A stretch of DNA of 64,000 bases from an uncultured Alphaproteobacteria bacterium (GTDB taxonomy: Bacteria > Pseudomonadota > Alphaproteobacteria > UBA8366 > JADFVY01). The stretch covers positions 74,404-138,403 of the forward strand of contig CAMYKU010000003.1 in assembly GCA_947259105.1 (NCBI GenBank). Direction: 5' to 3'. Below, one piece after another: positions 9,190-17,777 of this stretch. The first letter of the stretch is position 1, and each line of letters opens with the position of its first letter. The position numbers and the translations under genes were made by a program. The notes below the pieces were generated by a model. The model was not told the DNA's origin. It was given only the letters and a program-made list of their open reading frames with translations, and ran no database searches.

Positions 9190-9456
9190 CAACGCGGGCT
9201 CCGGAACTGCCGCAGGCCGGGGCCGAGGACCGCCGCACCCTCGGAAAGGCCGACGATACCGGCCTCCGCAACCGCGAGGGCACAAAACGGCGGATCGGCG
9301 AAGCCAGGCAAAGGCAAACCCCATTCAACTCGGAACCGGTAACGGCACGCTATACCACAGCGTGCATCGGCGCGACAGCGGATCGGATCAGGCCCTGCCC
9401 GGCAAGTCGGGCTTGAAAGCCGCGCGCGTCGATGCCGTCGACATCGAGGTCTTCGC

Positions 9457-10242
9457 TCATGGGCCTCCGGCCACGAGCCCCTCGACCCCCTGCCAGACCA
9501 GGCGGCAGCCGGTCAGGAAGATCAGCGTGTAGCAGACCCGGTAGAACAGGTCCTCGGGCAGGCGCTGCTGGAAGGTCACGCCGAGCCAGATGCCGACGGG
9601 CGCGACCGGCGCCAGGATCAGCGCGGTGCCGAGGTTGGTCTCGTCCAGCGTGCCCAGCAGCGTATAGGGCACCACTTTCATCACGTCGACCAGCGCGAAC
9701 AGGATCACCGTGGTGCCGATGAAGACGCGTTTGTCCAGGCGCTGCGGCAGCAGGTAGATATGCACCGGCGGGCTGCCGCCATGGGCGACGACGCTGGTGA
9801 ATCCGCCGACCGCCGCCCAGAAGGTTCCGTACCCGCGGTGCGGCGGCGCCCGATGGTCTGCGGCGCGCTTGAGCAGCCGCAGGCCCACCCAGCGGTACAG
9901 CGTGAACAGGATAGCGATGGCGCCGATGAGGATGCGGATCATGTCGTCGTTCATGTAGCGGAAGGTCAGGCCGCCGACGACCACGCCGATCAGCGAGCCC
10001 GGCAGCAGGATCATCAGGTTGCGCCGGTGGAAGATGCCCCAGTAGGCGCGCAGGCTGAACACGTCCATGAACAGCAGCAGCGGCATCAGCACCGCCGCCG
10101 CCTGGACCGGCGGCACGATCAGCGCCATCAGCGGCACCGCCATGATGCCCAGCCCGCCGCCGACCCCGGCCTTGGAAAACCCGACGATCAGGACGGCGGG
10201 CACCGCCAGCGCGTAGAACCACGGATCGCTGATGAATTCCAA
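9457..10242 (-). CDS. TauE/SafE (DUF81) family anion/sulfite exporter, copy 2
   Basis: It reads MEFISDPWFYALAVPAVLIVGFSKAGVGGGLGIMAVPLMALIVPP...AHGGSPPVHIYLLPQRLDK. This is the DUF81 twin-repeat membrane topology, and it is paralogous to the gene at 1-731. The start is TTG at 10242 or GTG at 10251. Confidence 0.75.
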   Translation of the reverse strand: MEFISDPWFYALAVPAVLIVGFSKAGVGGGLGIMAVPLMALIVPPVQAAAVLMPLLLFMDVFSLRAYWGIFHRRNLMILLPGSLIGVVVGGLTFRYMNDDMIRILIGAIAILFTLYRWVGLRLLKRAADHRAPPHRGYGTFWAAVGGFTSVVAHGGSPPVHIYLLPQRLDKRVFIGTTVILFALVDVMKVVPYTLLGTLDETNLGTALILAPVAPVGIWLGVTFQQRLPEDLFYRVCYTLIFLTGCRLVWQGVEGLVAGGP

Positions 10243-10436
10243 GCACTGCACCCTTCGTTGCGGCGGCCCCAATCAACCTGCCGACGCCAGCCGGCGCGGC
10301 GCCGTCGGCGGAGCCAGGCTGCCGTGATTCTTCATTGCGGGGAAACGATTTAACACGGGCCAAGAGAAAGTGATAGCGGATGCCGCCATATCCTGCGGCG
10401 CACCCCTTGACTCTCATCCAATAACGCGCAATTCAT

Positions 10437-10712
10437 GCCTAGTGGTGTGTATCAGACATATGGCACCCTTGGGACGGTCTTGCGCGTTCATCCGGCGAGG
10501 CGCGGGGCGCGCCGCGATACCGGCGCATCGCAAGCGGCGCGCAACGCGGCCGGTGGGCGCTCAAGGCCGCCCTTTGGGTCACGTTTCCCGCCCCCTCGGT
10601 GCGTCGGGCGCGCTTGACGATGCTCCAGCATCGCCTGCGCGCACCCTCCTGCCGAGGAGGCGGGAAACGCGATCCCATGGGCGCCATATGTCTAGTACAC
10701 ACCACTAGCCCA
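10437..10712. repeat. About 276 bp imperfect palindromic element bounded by 27 bp terminal inverted repeats (CCTAGTGGTGTGTAYYAGACATATGGC). It is MITE-like or a large regulatory hairpin.
   Basis: The segment at 10437-10463 and the reverse complement of 10686-10712 match at 24 of 27 positions. Internal arms are also partly self-complementary, and there is a central GATGCTccAGCATC palindrome at about 10619. The element produces mirror-image pseudo-ORFs on both strands, each ending ...HMSxTHH. Confidence 0.5.
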
Positions 10713-10760
10713 TACCGGAGGGTTGCCGAAACCCGGTGGAATTGTTCCCGAGGCTTGTGC

Positions 10761-11474
10761 ATGCCACTCGCAAACGAAAAAACGACGGCCGGGCGCGACG
10801 ACGGAAGCTTGCGAGTCCTGAACGGCGAGGCGGCAGACCGGCTGGCGGCGATATCGCGGGTCCTCACCGTGCCGGCCGGCCGGCCGGTCATGATGGAGGG
10901 CGCGCCGGCAACGGAACTGTACAGCGTATCCCAGGGCATCGTCAGCGTCTTCAAGCTGATGCCGGACGGCCGGCGGCAGATCACCGGCTTCCTGTATCCC
11001 GGCAGTTTTCTAGGCGTCACGTTCAACGCTGAGACGACCTACGCTTATAGTGCCGACGCCGTAACGGCGGTGACGCTGCGGGCGTATCCGCGCCGCGACT
11101 TCGAGCGGCTGCTCGACGAGGTGCCAGGCGTGCGTCGCGCGTTCATCGCCGCAATGGCTGACGAGTTGACCGAGGCGCAGGACCGCATGCTGCTGCTGGC
11201 CCACAGGTCGGCGAGCGAACGGCTGGCCTGTTTCCTGCTGACCCTGGCCGGCCGCCAGGCCGGCAAGGGGGGGGAGCCGGTCGACACCGTTTACATTCCG
11301 ATGCGCGGCAGCGATATCGCCGATTATCTGGGTCTGACCGCCGAAACGGTGAGCCGCACGCTGGCGGTGTTCCGCCGCAAGGGAATCGTCCATGCGGAAA
11401 GGGGCGGCAGCATCGGAATCCTGGACCGCGGCGCGCTGGAGGCGCTGGCCGGACCACTGTCGCGCCACATCTGA
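10761..11474 (+). CDS. Crp/Fnr family transcriptional regulator
   Basis: It has an N-terminal cNMP-binding beta-roll (VPAGRPVMMEGAPATELYSVSQGIVSV) and a C-terminal HTH (SDIADYLGLTAETVSRTLAVFRRKGIV). It is divergent from the TauE/patatin/paralog cluster. Confidence 0.8.
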   Translation: MPLANEKTTAGRDDGSLRVLNGEAADRLAAISRVLTVPAGRPVMMEGAPATELYSVSQGIVSVFKLMPDGRRQITGFLYPGSFLGVTFNAETTYAYSADAVTAVTLRAYPRRDFERLLDEVPGVRRAFIAAMADELTEAQDRMLLLAHRSASERLACFLLTLAGRQAGKGGEPVDTVYIPMRGSDIADYLGLTAETVSRTLAVFRRKGIVHAERGGSIGILDRGALEALAGPLSRHI

Positions 11475-11645
11475 CCCGGTGCCATCCTGGTGAGAAGCCC
11501 GCTCTAGCCGCGCCGCACTGCATATTCCGATCTCACCCGCCGCCCGGGTCACCGGGATTTGAGCGCTCGTGACGTCCGCCGGGACAGTTCCGTGAACAAT
11601 TCCTGCCACGATCGGAAACAGCACGAACATGAAGGAGCAACTGTC

Positions 11646-12107
11646 ATGCTTGTCCGCCCGTTTCTGGCCACGGCTTTGATCTCCATCGGCCTCTTGTCCC
11701 ATGTCGCCGTTGCGCCGGCGGCCGCCGCGGATCCCGTCTCTACAGGCACGTTCGGCAATCTTGCCGTCAGCGGCTACGACCCGGTCGCCTACTTCGCGCA
11801 AGGCAAGCCGGTCGAGGGACGCAGTGTCCTGGAATACGAATGGAACGACGCCACCTGGCGCTTTTCCAGCGCGGAGAACCTCGCGGCGTTCAAGGCGAGC
11901 CCGGAGGCCTATGCACCGCAGTATGGCGGCTATTGCGCCTGGGCGGTCAGCCAGGGCTACACCGCAAAGAGCGATCCCGATGCCTGGCGCATCGTCGACG
12001 GCAAGCTCTATCTGAACTACAGCAAGGACATCCAGAAGCGCTGGGCGCAGGATATCCCCGGCAATATCGCCAAGGCCGACGCCAACTGGCCCAAGGTTCT
12101 GGAATAG
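11646..12107 (+). CDS. Secreted YHS-like domain protein (GYDPVAYF ... GGYCAW motif family)
   Basis: It has a signal peptide MLVRPFLATALISIGLLSHVAVAPAAAA. The motifs VSGYDPVAYF and YGGYCAWAV are typical of the YHS-domain-like periplasmic protein family. The track ORF start at 11559 is probably over-extended. Confidence 0.55.
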   Translation: MLVRPFLATALISIGLLSHVAVAPAAAADPVSTGTFGNLAVSGYDPVAYFAQGKPVEGRSVLEYEWNDATWRFSSAENLAAFKASPEAYAPQYGGYCAWAVSQGYTAKSDPDAWRIVDGKLYLNYSKDIQKRWAQDIPGNIAKADANWPKVLE

Positions 12108-12160
12108 GGCATTTCAAGATCGGTCGGCTCCGGCCCGCTCCCCCACCCCGGGAGCCAGGG

Positions 12161-12700
12161 TCAGGCTCGTGTAACCGCGCCTTCCGCGTCACGCGTCGCG
12201 CGCCATCCCGTGTCCGCCATGACGACCGATGTCTCGACCTGGCGGTCGGGAATGTCCCAGTAGCGGCGCAGCAGGGCGTGGGTCTCCTCGCGCGGTACAA
12301 GGTGGAACCCGTGCTTTCCGTAAAAACCGATGGCCCAGTTCGCGGCGGCCCAGGTGCCGACCAGCAGCGGGCCGTCGGTGAAGGACCGGATGTGATCCAG
12401 CAGCCGGCCGCCGATGCCGCGGCGGCGCATCGCCGAGCGCACATAGGCGTGGCGGATCAGCACCACGTCCTGTACCGGCTGCAACCCCATCACGCCGAGC
12501 AGACGATTGTCCCCCTCGAATCCCCAGAACTTGACGCCCGCCGCGATTTCAGCCGCCAGCGCGTCGCGCGGCATATAGGGGTCGCGCCAGCGGTCCTCGG
12601 GAATGACGTCCTTATAGGCCTGCGCCGCATCGTTGACGATGGCGAAGATATCCTCTCCTCGAAGTCCCGTTGGTTGCAGTAGCGGATCATGATGGGTCAC
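12161..12700 (-). CDS. GNAT family N-acetyltransferase
   Basis: The acetyl-CoA binding motif region (RRRGIGGRLLDHI) and the protein length are typical of GNAT enzymes. Confidence 0.65.
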   Translation of the reverse strand: MTHHDPLLQPTGLRGEDIFAIVNDAAQAYKDVIPEDRWRDPYMPRDALAAEIAAGVKFWGFEGDNRLLGVMGLQPVQDVVLIRHAYVRSAMRRRGIGGRLLDHIRSFTDGPLLVGTWAAANWAIGFYGKHGFHLVPREETHALLRRYWDIPDRQVETSVVMADTGWRATRDAEGAVTRA

Positions 12701-14271
12701 ACTGTAACATAAATCCCGCCCCGTCTGCTATCGCCCGCGCCGTCGAAGGCGCCGGTCGCGGGGTCCAGGGCGACCGCGTGGACCCCGCCGTAGAACATGC
12801 TGAAATGGTCCCACAGCTCCTTGTCCGGGAACGGGTCGGTGAAGCGGGCGATGCGGTCCGCGTCGAAGCCGCCGTCCGCGCCGACCGCTTCCACGCTCAG
12901 CCGGCCGCGTTCGCAGTGGATGCGCGGGGCCGAGATCGCATCCGGCAGCCCCATCCCGAAGCGCAGCACATTCATCAGCACCTGCAGGATCGCCGTGCGG
13001 ATGCGGTTCGAGCCGCCACTGCCCAGCGCCGTTCGCCGCCCGTCCGCATGGTCCACCATGGTCGGCGCCATCATCGACGAGATGCGGGTATCCGGCGTCC
13101 ATTCATGGAAGCCGCGCGGATTGATGTCCTCCTCGCCCAGCATGTTGTTCGGCGCGATGCCGCAGCCGGGCAGTACGTGGCCGCAACCCTCGCCGTTCGA
13201 CACGCTCATCGCCGCCGCGTTGCCGTCGGCATCGATCACGCTGACATGGGTGGTGCCGCCCTGCTTCAGCGCACGGCCCCGCATCGATTTCCGGTATTCC
13301 GCCACGACCGGGTCGGACAGGAGCGTCGCGACCCGTGCCGCATCGCAGCCCTCGTCGAGCCCGCAGCCGGTGCGCGCCGCGTTGGTCGCCGCCATGGCAT
13401 CGGCCAGCCGCATCAGCCAGGCCGGGTCGTCGGGCGCGCTGCGCTCCTCGAGACCGTCCAGCAGCGCCAGGGCGAAGGCGATCAGCGGGCCGCCGGAGGA
13501 CGGCGGTGGATTGGTGAGGATCCGGGCGCCGCCGAAGCCCCGTTCCAGCGGCCGCCGGCGCACCACCTCGTAACCCTGCAGATCGGACCGCGTCAGGGTG
13601 CCGCCGGACGCGGCGCAAGCCTCGACGAACTCCGATGCGATGGCGCCGCGATAGAACAGGTCGCGTCCCTCGCGCGCCAGCGCCTCCAGCGTCCCGGCCA
13701 TGGCGCCGGGCCGGTAGATTTCGCCCGCGCGCAGCACGCGGCCGGGCGCCGCGGCGCTCTCGAACAGGGCGGTCGCCGATTCGGTCGCCAGGTAGATCGG
13801 CTCCACGATATCCAGGATGTGCGCCTGCAATGCCGAGATTTCGGCGCCTCGGCGGGCAAGCCGGGCGGCGGGTTCGACGATCCGGGCCATCGGCAGCCTG
13901 CCGAGATCCTGATGCACGGCGAACAGTCCGGCCACCACGCCGGGCGTCGCCATCGCACCCATGCCGATATGGAATTCCTGTGTCGTGGTGCCGAAATCGA
14001 CGTCCACCGGGTAAAACTCGACCTCACCGGCCGGGCGCCTGCGCCTGGGAGTCTGGCAGAAGAAGTCGTACAGCACCGGCTCGCCTTCGGCCGGCTCCGC
14101 CAGCAGGAAGCCGCCGCCGGCCAGCGAGGCCAGCACCGGTTCCGCCACCGGCGCGGTGCACAACGCCGCCAGCGCCGCGTCGAAGGCGTTGCCGCCGTCG
14201 CGCAGCATCTCGGCGGCGGCATTTGCGGTCGCCGCGTCGCCCGCGGCTATGGCGCCTCTGGTCCGTGTCAT
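12697..14271 (-). CDS. ggt: Gamma-glutamyltransferase family protein (Ntn hydrolase)
   Basis: It has the catalytic Thr motif GGTTHVSVIDADGN, the conserved SSGG and GSGGS regions, and the N-terminal AIAAGDAATANAAAEMLRDGGNAFDAA. I chose the internal Met at 14271 as the start. Confidence 0.8.
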   Translation of the reverse strand: MTRTRGAIAAGDAATANAAAEMLRDGGNAFDAALAALCTAPVAEPVLASLAGGGFLLAEPAEGEPVLYDFFCQTPRRRRPAGEVEFYPVDVDFGTTTQEFHIGMGAMATPGVVAGLFAVHQDLGRLPMARIVEPAARLARRGAEISALQAHILDIVEPIYLATESATALFESAAAPGRVLRAGEIYRPGAMAGTLEALAREGRDLFYRGAIASEFVEACAASGGTLTRSDLQGYEVVRRRPLERGFGGARILTNPPPSSGGPLIAFALALLDGLEERSAPDDPAWLMRLADAMAATNAARTGCGLDEGCDAARVATLLSDPVVAEYRKSMRGRALKQGGTTHVSVIDADGNAAAMSVSNGEGCGHVLPGCGIAPNNMLGEEDINPRGFHEWTPDTRISSMMAPTMVDHADGRRTALGSGGSNRIRTAILQVLMNVLRFGMGLPDAISAPRIHCERGRLSVEAVGADGGFDADRIARFTDPFPDKELWDHFSMFYGGVHAVALDPATGAFDGAGDSRRGGIYVTV

Positions 14272-14352
14272 CGCGCTTTTCCCGGGCGGCAATCAACCGT
14301 CAGCCGTTAGCCGTTGGCGTAGTGCCAAGTGCCAATAGCCAACCGCCGAATG

Positions 14353-15186
14353 CTAACAGCTGCTTTCCCCCAGCCCCGACTCCGTCTGTTTGCAGGTTTC
14401 CGGCCGTACCAAGGCGCCGAAATCCTCGACATAGGCGGTGTGGCTCAGCAGCCCGCCACCCGGCGACCAGTTGTGAAGCTGAAACGCAGGCGGCTCCTTC
14501 GTCAACTTGATGCCCTTGGAGTCGTCCAGCTTCAACTCGACCTGGAAGCTGGTGGCCGGGGCGACGCTGACCGGCACGCCCGCGAACATGGTCTGGATCG
14601 GCCGGTGGATGTGCCCGCAGAGAATGCGGACGATCTGGCCGTGCCTCGCGACGACCGCGGCAAATCCCGACGGGTCCAGCAACCCCATGCCGTCCATATG
14701 GGCGATGCCCGTGGCGAAGGGCGGATGGTGCATCATCACGACCGTCGGCCTGTCGGGCTGCTCCGAAAGCACGTCGTCCAGCCAGCGGCAGCGCGCGGGG
14801 CAGAACTCGCCATGGGGCCGGCCCGCAACGACGGTGTCCAGCGCCACGATACGCAGCGGCCAGTCGTCCGCTGCGTACATGAGAAAACGCCCGTCTTCGA
14901 AAGGCTGGCCGGGGAATGCGTCGCGCAGGTTGCCGCGGTCGTCGTGATTGCCGGGCAAGAGCAGATAGGGCATACGCGCGCCGTCGAGAAGGCTGCGCAA
15001 CGCGGCGTATTCCTCCGGTCGGCCGTCGGCCGCGAGATCCCCGGTCGCGACCAGCAGGTCGGGAAGCGGGGAACAGCCGTTGATTCGCTCGATCGCGCGT
15101 TCGAGGGCGCTATAGCTGTCGAACTGGTCCAGCAGCAATTCGCCGCGGGGCTTGACGTGAGTGTCCGTGATCTGTGCTATGAGCAT
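14353..15186 (-). CDS. Metallophosphoesterase (calcineurin-like, CpdA-type phosphodiesterase family)
   Basis: It has the motifs DTH, GDLAADG, GNHD and GHIH characteristic of the calcineurin-like phosphoesterase fold. Confidence 0.7.
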   Translation of the reverse strand: MLIAQITDTHVKPRGELLLDQFDSYSALERAIERINGCSPLPDLLVATGDLAADGRPEEYAALRSLLDGARMPYLLLPGNHDDRGNLRDAFPGQPFEDGRFLMYAADDWPLRIVALDTVVAGRPHGEFCPARCRWLDDVLSEQPDRPTVVMMHHPPFATGIAHMDGMGLLDPSGFAAVVARHGQIVRILCGHIHRPIQTMFAGVPVSVAPATSFQVELKLDDSKGIKLTKEPPAFQLHNWSPGGGLLSHTAYVEDFGALVRPETCKQTESGLGESSC

Positions 15187-15297
15187 GATGTCTCGACGAT
15201 TCGGGTGGATGCCGAAGGGCCGTACTCTCCGTCATGCCGTCCGTGCCGTCAATTCGCAATGCTTTAGTGTGGCGATCACCACACTGGAGGGAAAGGC

Positions 15298-16476
15298 ATG
15301 ACCCGCGGCGATATCGGGGCGTTCGTCGCCCATTGCGACAAGGTGATCGAGGGCGAGGAAGACGCCCTGTTGAGCGACCTGACCTTCGCGGTGAAGGACA
15401 TCATCGACGTCGCGGGCTGCCGCACCGGCTGCGGCAACCCGGACTGGCTGCGGACCCACGAGCCGGCGCAGCAATCGGCGCCGGTCGTACGGAAGCTGAT
15501 CGACGCCGGCGCCACCATGATCGGCAAGACAGTGACCGAGGAGATGGCGTATTCGCTGATCGGCGAGAACGCCCATTACGGCGCGCCGGTCAACGTGAAC
15601 GCGCCGGGCCGCGTCGCCGGCGGCTCGTCCAGCGGCTCGGCCGCGGCGGTGGCGGCGGGGGACGCGCATTTCGCGCTCGGCTCGGACACCGGCGGCTCGG
15701 TGCGCATCCCGGCCAGCTTCTGCGGCATCTACGGCCTGCGGCCGACCCACGGCCGCATCCCGCTGGAAGGCATCATGCCGCTGGCCGCGAGTTACGATAC
15801 GATCGGCTGGTTCGCGCGCGACCCGGCCGTGATGTCCGGCGTCGCCCATATCCTGCTCGACGACTGGCGGGAGCCGGAGATCCTCACCCGCCTCTACGTG
15901 CCCGAGGATATCTGGGCGCTGGCCGACGAAGCGGTGCAGGCGGCACTCGTCCCGGCGCTGGACAGGCTGGAGGCGCTGGTCGGGCCGCACCAGGGATTCC
16001 TGATCGGCGAGAACGGCAGCATCGAGCCGCAGGCCGCGGCATATATGGCGCTGCAGGGCCGTGAGGCCTGGGAAACCCATCGGGGCTGGGTCGAGGCCGA
16101 GAACCCCACCTTCGGCCCCGGCATCGCCGAGCGTTTCCGGGCGATCGCCGCGATCGCGGACGACGAGGTCGCGCGCTGGACCGAGTGGCGCGGTGATTTC
16201 GCCGGCGGGCTGTGCGGCGTGCTCAACGAGGGTGCGGTGATGGCCCTGCCGACCGCGCCCTGCATCGCCCCCTTCACCGGCGAGCCGCAAGGCAGGCTGG
16301 CGGACGTGCGCAAGCGCATCCTGCTGATGACCGGCGCCGCCGGCCACGCCGGCCTGCCGCAGATCAGCATTCCGTTCGCAACGGTCGAGGGCTGCCCCGT
16401 CGGTTTCTCGATCGTCGGCCGCCGCGGCGGCGACGAGGTCCTGCTCGACCTCGCCCGGCGGCTGAACCCGGCCTGA
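15298..16476 (+). CDS. Amidase (amidase-signature family)
   Basis: It has the amidase signature GGSSSGSAAAVAAG with the catalytic Ser, and an upstream K...S (AVKDIID). Confidence 0.8.
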   Translation: MTRGDIGAFVAHCDKVIEGEEDALLSDLTFAVKDIIDVAGCRTGCGNPDWLRTHEPAQQSAPVVRKLIDAGATMIGKTVTEEMAYSLIGENAHYGAPVNVNAPGRVAGGSSSGSAAAVAAGDAHFALGSDTGGSVRIPASFCGIYGLRPTHGRIPLEGIMPLAASYDTIGWFARDPAVMSGVAHILLDDWREPEILTRLYVPEDIWALADEAVQAALVPALDRLEALVGPHQGFLIGENGSIEPQAAAYMALQGREAWETHRGWVEAENPTFGPGIAERFRAIAAIADDEVARWTEWRGDFAGGLCGVLNEGAVMALPTAPCIAPFTGEPQGRLADVRKRILLMTGAAGHAGLPQISIPFATVEGCPVGFSIVGRRGGDEVLLDLARRLNPA

Positions 16477-16557
16477 TCAGATTAACACTTCGTAAGAACC
16501 GGACCGGTATCATCGGTCGGACGGCCGCGACGTGCGGCCGGAGCCGGAGCCGCGCGC

Positions 16558-16998
16558 ATGGACAAGCAACGCATCCTGAACACCAGCATCGCGGCGGCGG
16601 CGGCGGTGAACGTCGTTGCCCTGCTGATGGTGATCGTCGTGGTCTGGCTGCTCGGCGCGCTGCTGCCGTTGTCCTATGGCGGGTTTGTCGAGAAGCTGGC
16701 CTTTGCGGTGGCCGCCGGCGCGATGGCCTTCGGCCTGCGCCGGCTGGTGCGCAAGGCCCTGGTGCCGCGCATGTTCGAGCCCGGCCCCGTCGATCCCGAG
16801 CTGCTGGAGGAATTCAAGGAGCACCGGTCCGTCGTCATGCTCTCATGGTGGGGCGGCATCGTTCTTGGCCTGCTGTGCCTCGCGTTCCCGCTCGAACTGA
16901 TCCGCGAGGGCGCCGCCTTCGCGCTGGCCGCCGCCCTGATCGTGCTCAGCCGCGAGAAGATCCTGGTCGAGTATTACCTTCTGAAAACCGAGGATTAG
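16558..16998 (+). CDS. Hypothetical small membrane protein (about 4 TM)
   Basis: The ORF has strong GC3 bias and four hydrophobic segments. No recognisable motif. Confidence 0.4.
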   Translation: MDKQRILNTSIAAAAAVNVVALLMVIVVVWLLGALLPLSYGGFVEKLAFAVAAGAMAFGLRRLVRKALVPRMFEPGPVDPELLEEFKEHRSVVMLSWWGGIVLGLLCLAFPLELIREGAAFALAAALIVLSREKILVEYYLLKTED

Positions 16999-17164
16999 GT
17001 GTGCTCCGGGCTCTTCCGGAGTGTGCGCCGATTCCGCGTCTCACACCGCGGCGCGCGGCCATAGGTGCGGTTCTTTCCGACCGCATGTTGATCCTGATCA
17101 AGGCATGGCGACCGGTTTTCCGGCAGACTGCCGTCGCGTAAGGCTTCCACGATTGGAGGATGCC

Positions 17165-17737
17165 ATGTTCGCGATTCCACTGCAGATCACCTTCAAGGGT
17201 ATGGGGCCTTCCGAGGCCATCGAGGCCAATGTGCGGGAAAAGGCCGGGAAGCTGGAGCGGTTCTCCGGCCATCTGATGAGCTGTCGGGTGGTGATCGAGG
17301 CGCCGCACCGCCATGGCCGCAAGGGCAGGCTCTATCACGTCGGCATCGATCTCGGTGTCGTCGGCGGCGAACTGGCCGTGACCCATGAGGGTCCGCTGAA
17401 CCACGCGCATGAGGACGTATACGTGGCGATCCGCGATTCCTTCGACGCGGCGGTCCGCCGGTTGGAGGATTACGAGCGCAAGCGCCGCGGCAAGGTAAAG
17501 ACGCACGAGGTGCCTGTGCACGGCAGGATCGCCGGCATGTCCCACGATCACGGCTTCATCGCGACCAGCGACGGCCGCGAGATCTATTTCCACAGGAACA
17601 GCGTGGTCGGCGGCGATTTCGAGGCTCTGGAGGCCGGCGACCAGGTCCGCCTTGTCATTCACCCCGGCGAGGGCGAGAAAGGACCGCAGGCAAGCACCGT
17701 GACGCCTGTCGGCAAACACCATCTGGTGGACAGCTAG
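17165..17737 (+). CDS. hpf: Ribosome hibernation-promoting factor (HPF/RaiA) domain fused to a C-terminal cold-shock domain
   Basis: The sequence GGAGG precedes the ATG at 17165. The N-terminal 100 aa match HPF/YfiA (MFAIPLQITFKGMG...VVIEAPHRHGRKGRLYHVGIDL...AIRDSFDAAVRRLEDY). The C-terminal 70 aa match CspA-type cold-shock domains (HGFIATSDGREIYFHRNSV...GEKGPQASTV). The track ORF start at 17021 is over-extended. Confidence 0.7.
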   Translation: MFAIPLQITFKGMGPSEAIEANVREKAGKLERFSGHLMSCRVVIEAPHRHGRKGRLYHVGIDLGVVGGELAVTHEGPLNHAHEDVYVAIRDSFDAAVRRLEDYERKRRGKVKTHEVPVHGRIAGMSHDHGFIATSDGREIYFHRNSVVGGDFEALEAGDQVRLVIHPGEGEKGPQASTVTPVGKHHLVDS

Positions 17738-17777
17738 TCCATCATCCGTTCAAGTGGAATCGGGTCGGGCCGGCGGC

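Noticed and set aside
9350-10417. 355 aa minus-strand ORF and 197 aa + strand ORF (9760-10353) overlapping the second TauE gene
   Set aside because: These are alternative frames over a real membrane-protein gene. Their products are Arg/Gly/Pro-rich with no motifs.
10439-11026. 195 aa minus-strand ORF and 112 aa + strand ORF (10370-10708) across the palindromic element
   Set aside because: The two ORFs are mirror images generated by the inverted-repeat structure, and both end ...HMSxTHH. Their composition is non-protein-like, and the region is better explained as a palindromic or MITE-like element.
12670-14310. 546 aa + strand ORF covering the gamma-glutamyltransferase locus
   Set aside because: The minus-strand frame encodes a bona fide GGT with the catalytic Thr motif. 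The + frame is Arg/Ala/Gly-rich shadow.
14329-16347. Long ORFs 14329-15267 (+) and 15232-16347 (-)
   Set aside because: They are antisense to the metallophosphoesterase and the amidase respectively. No motifs.
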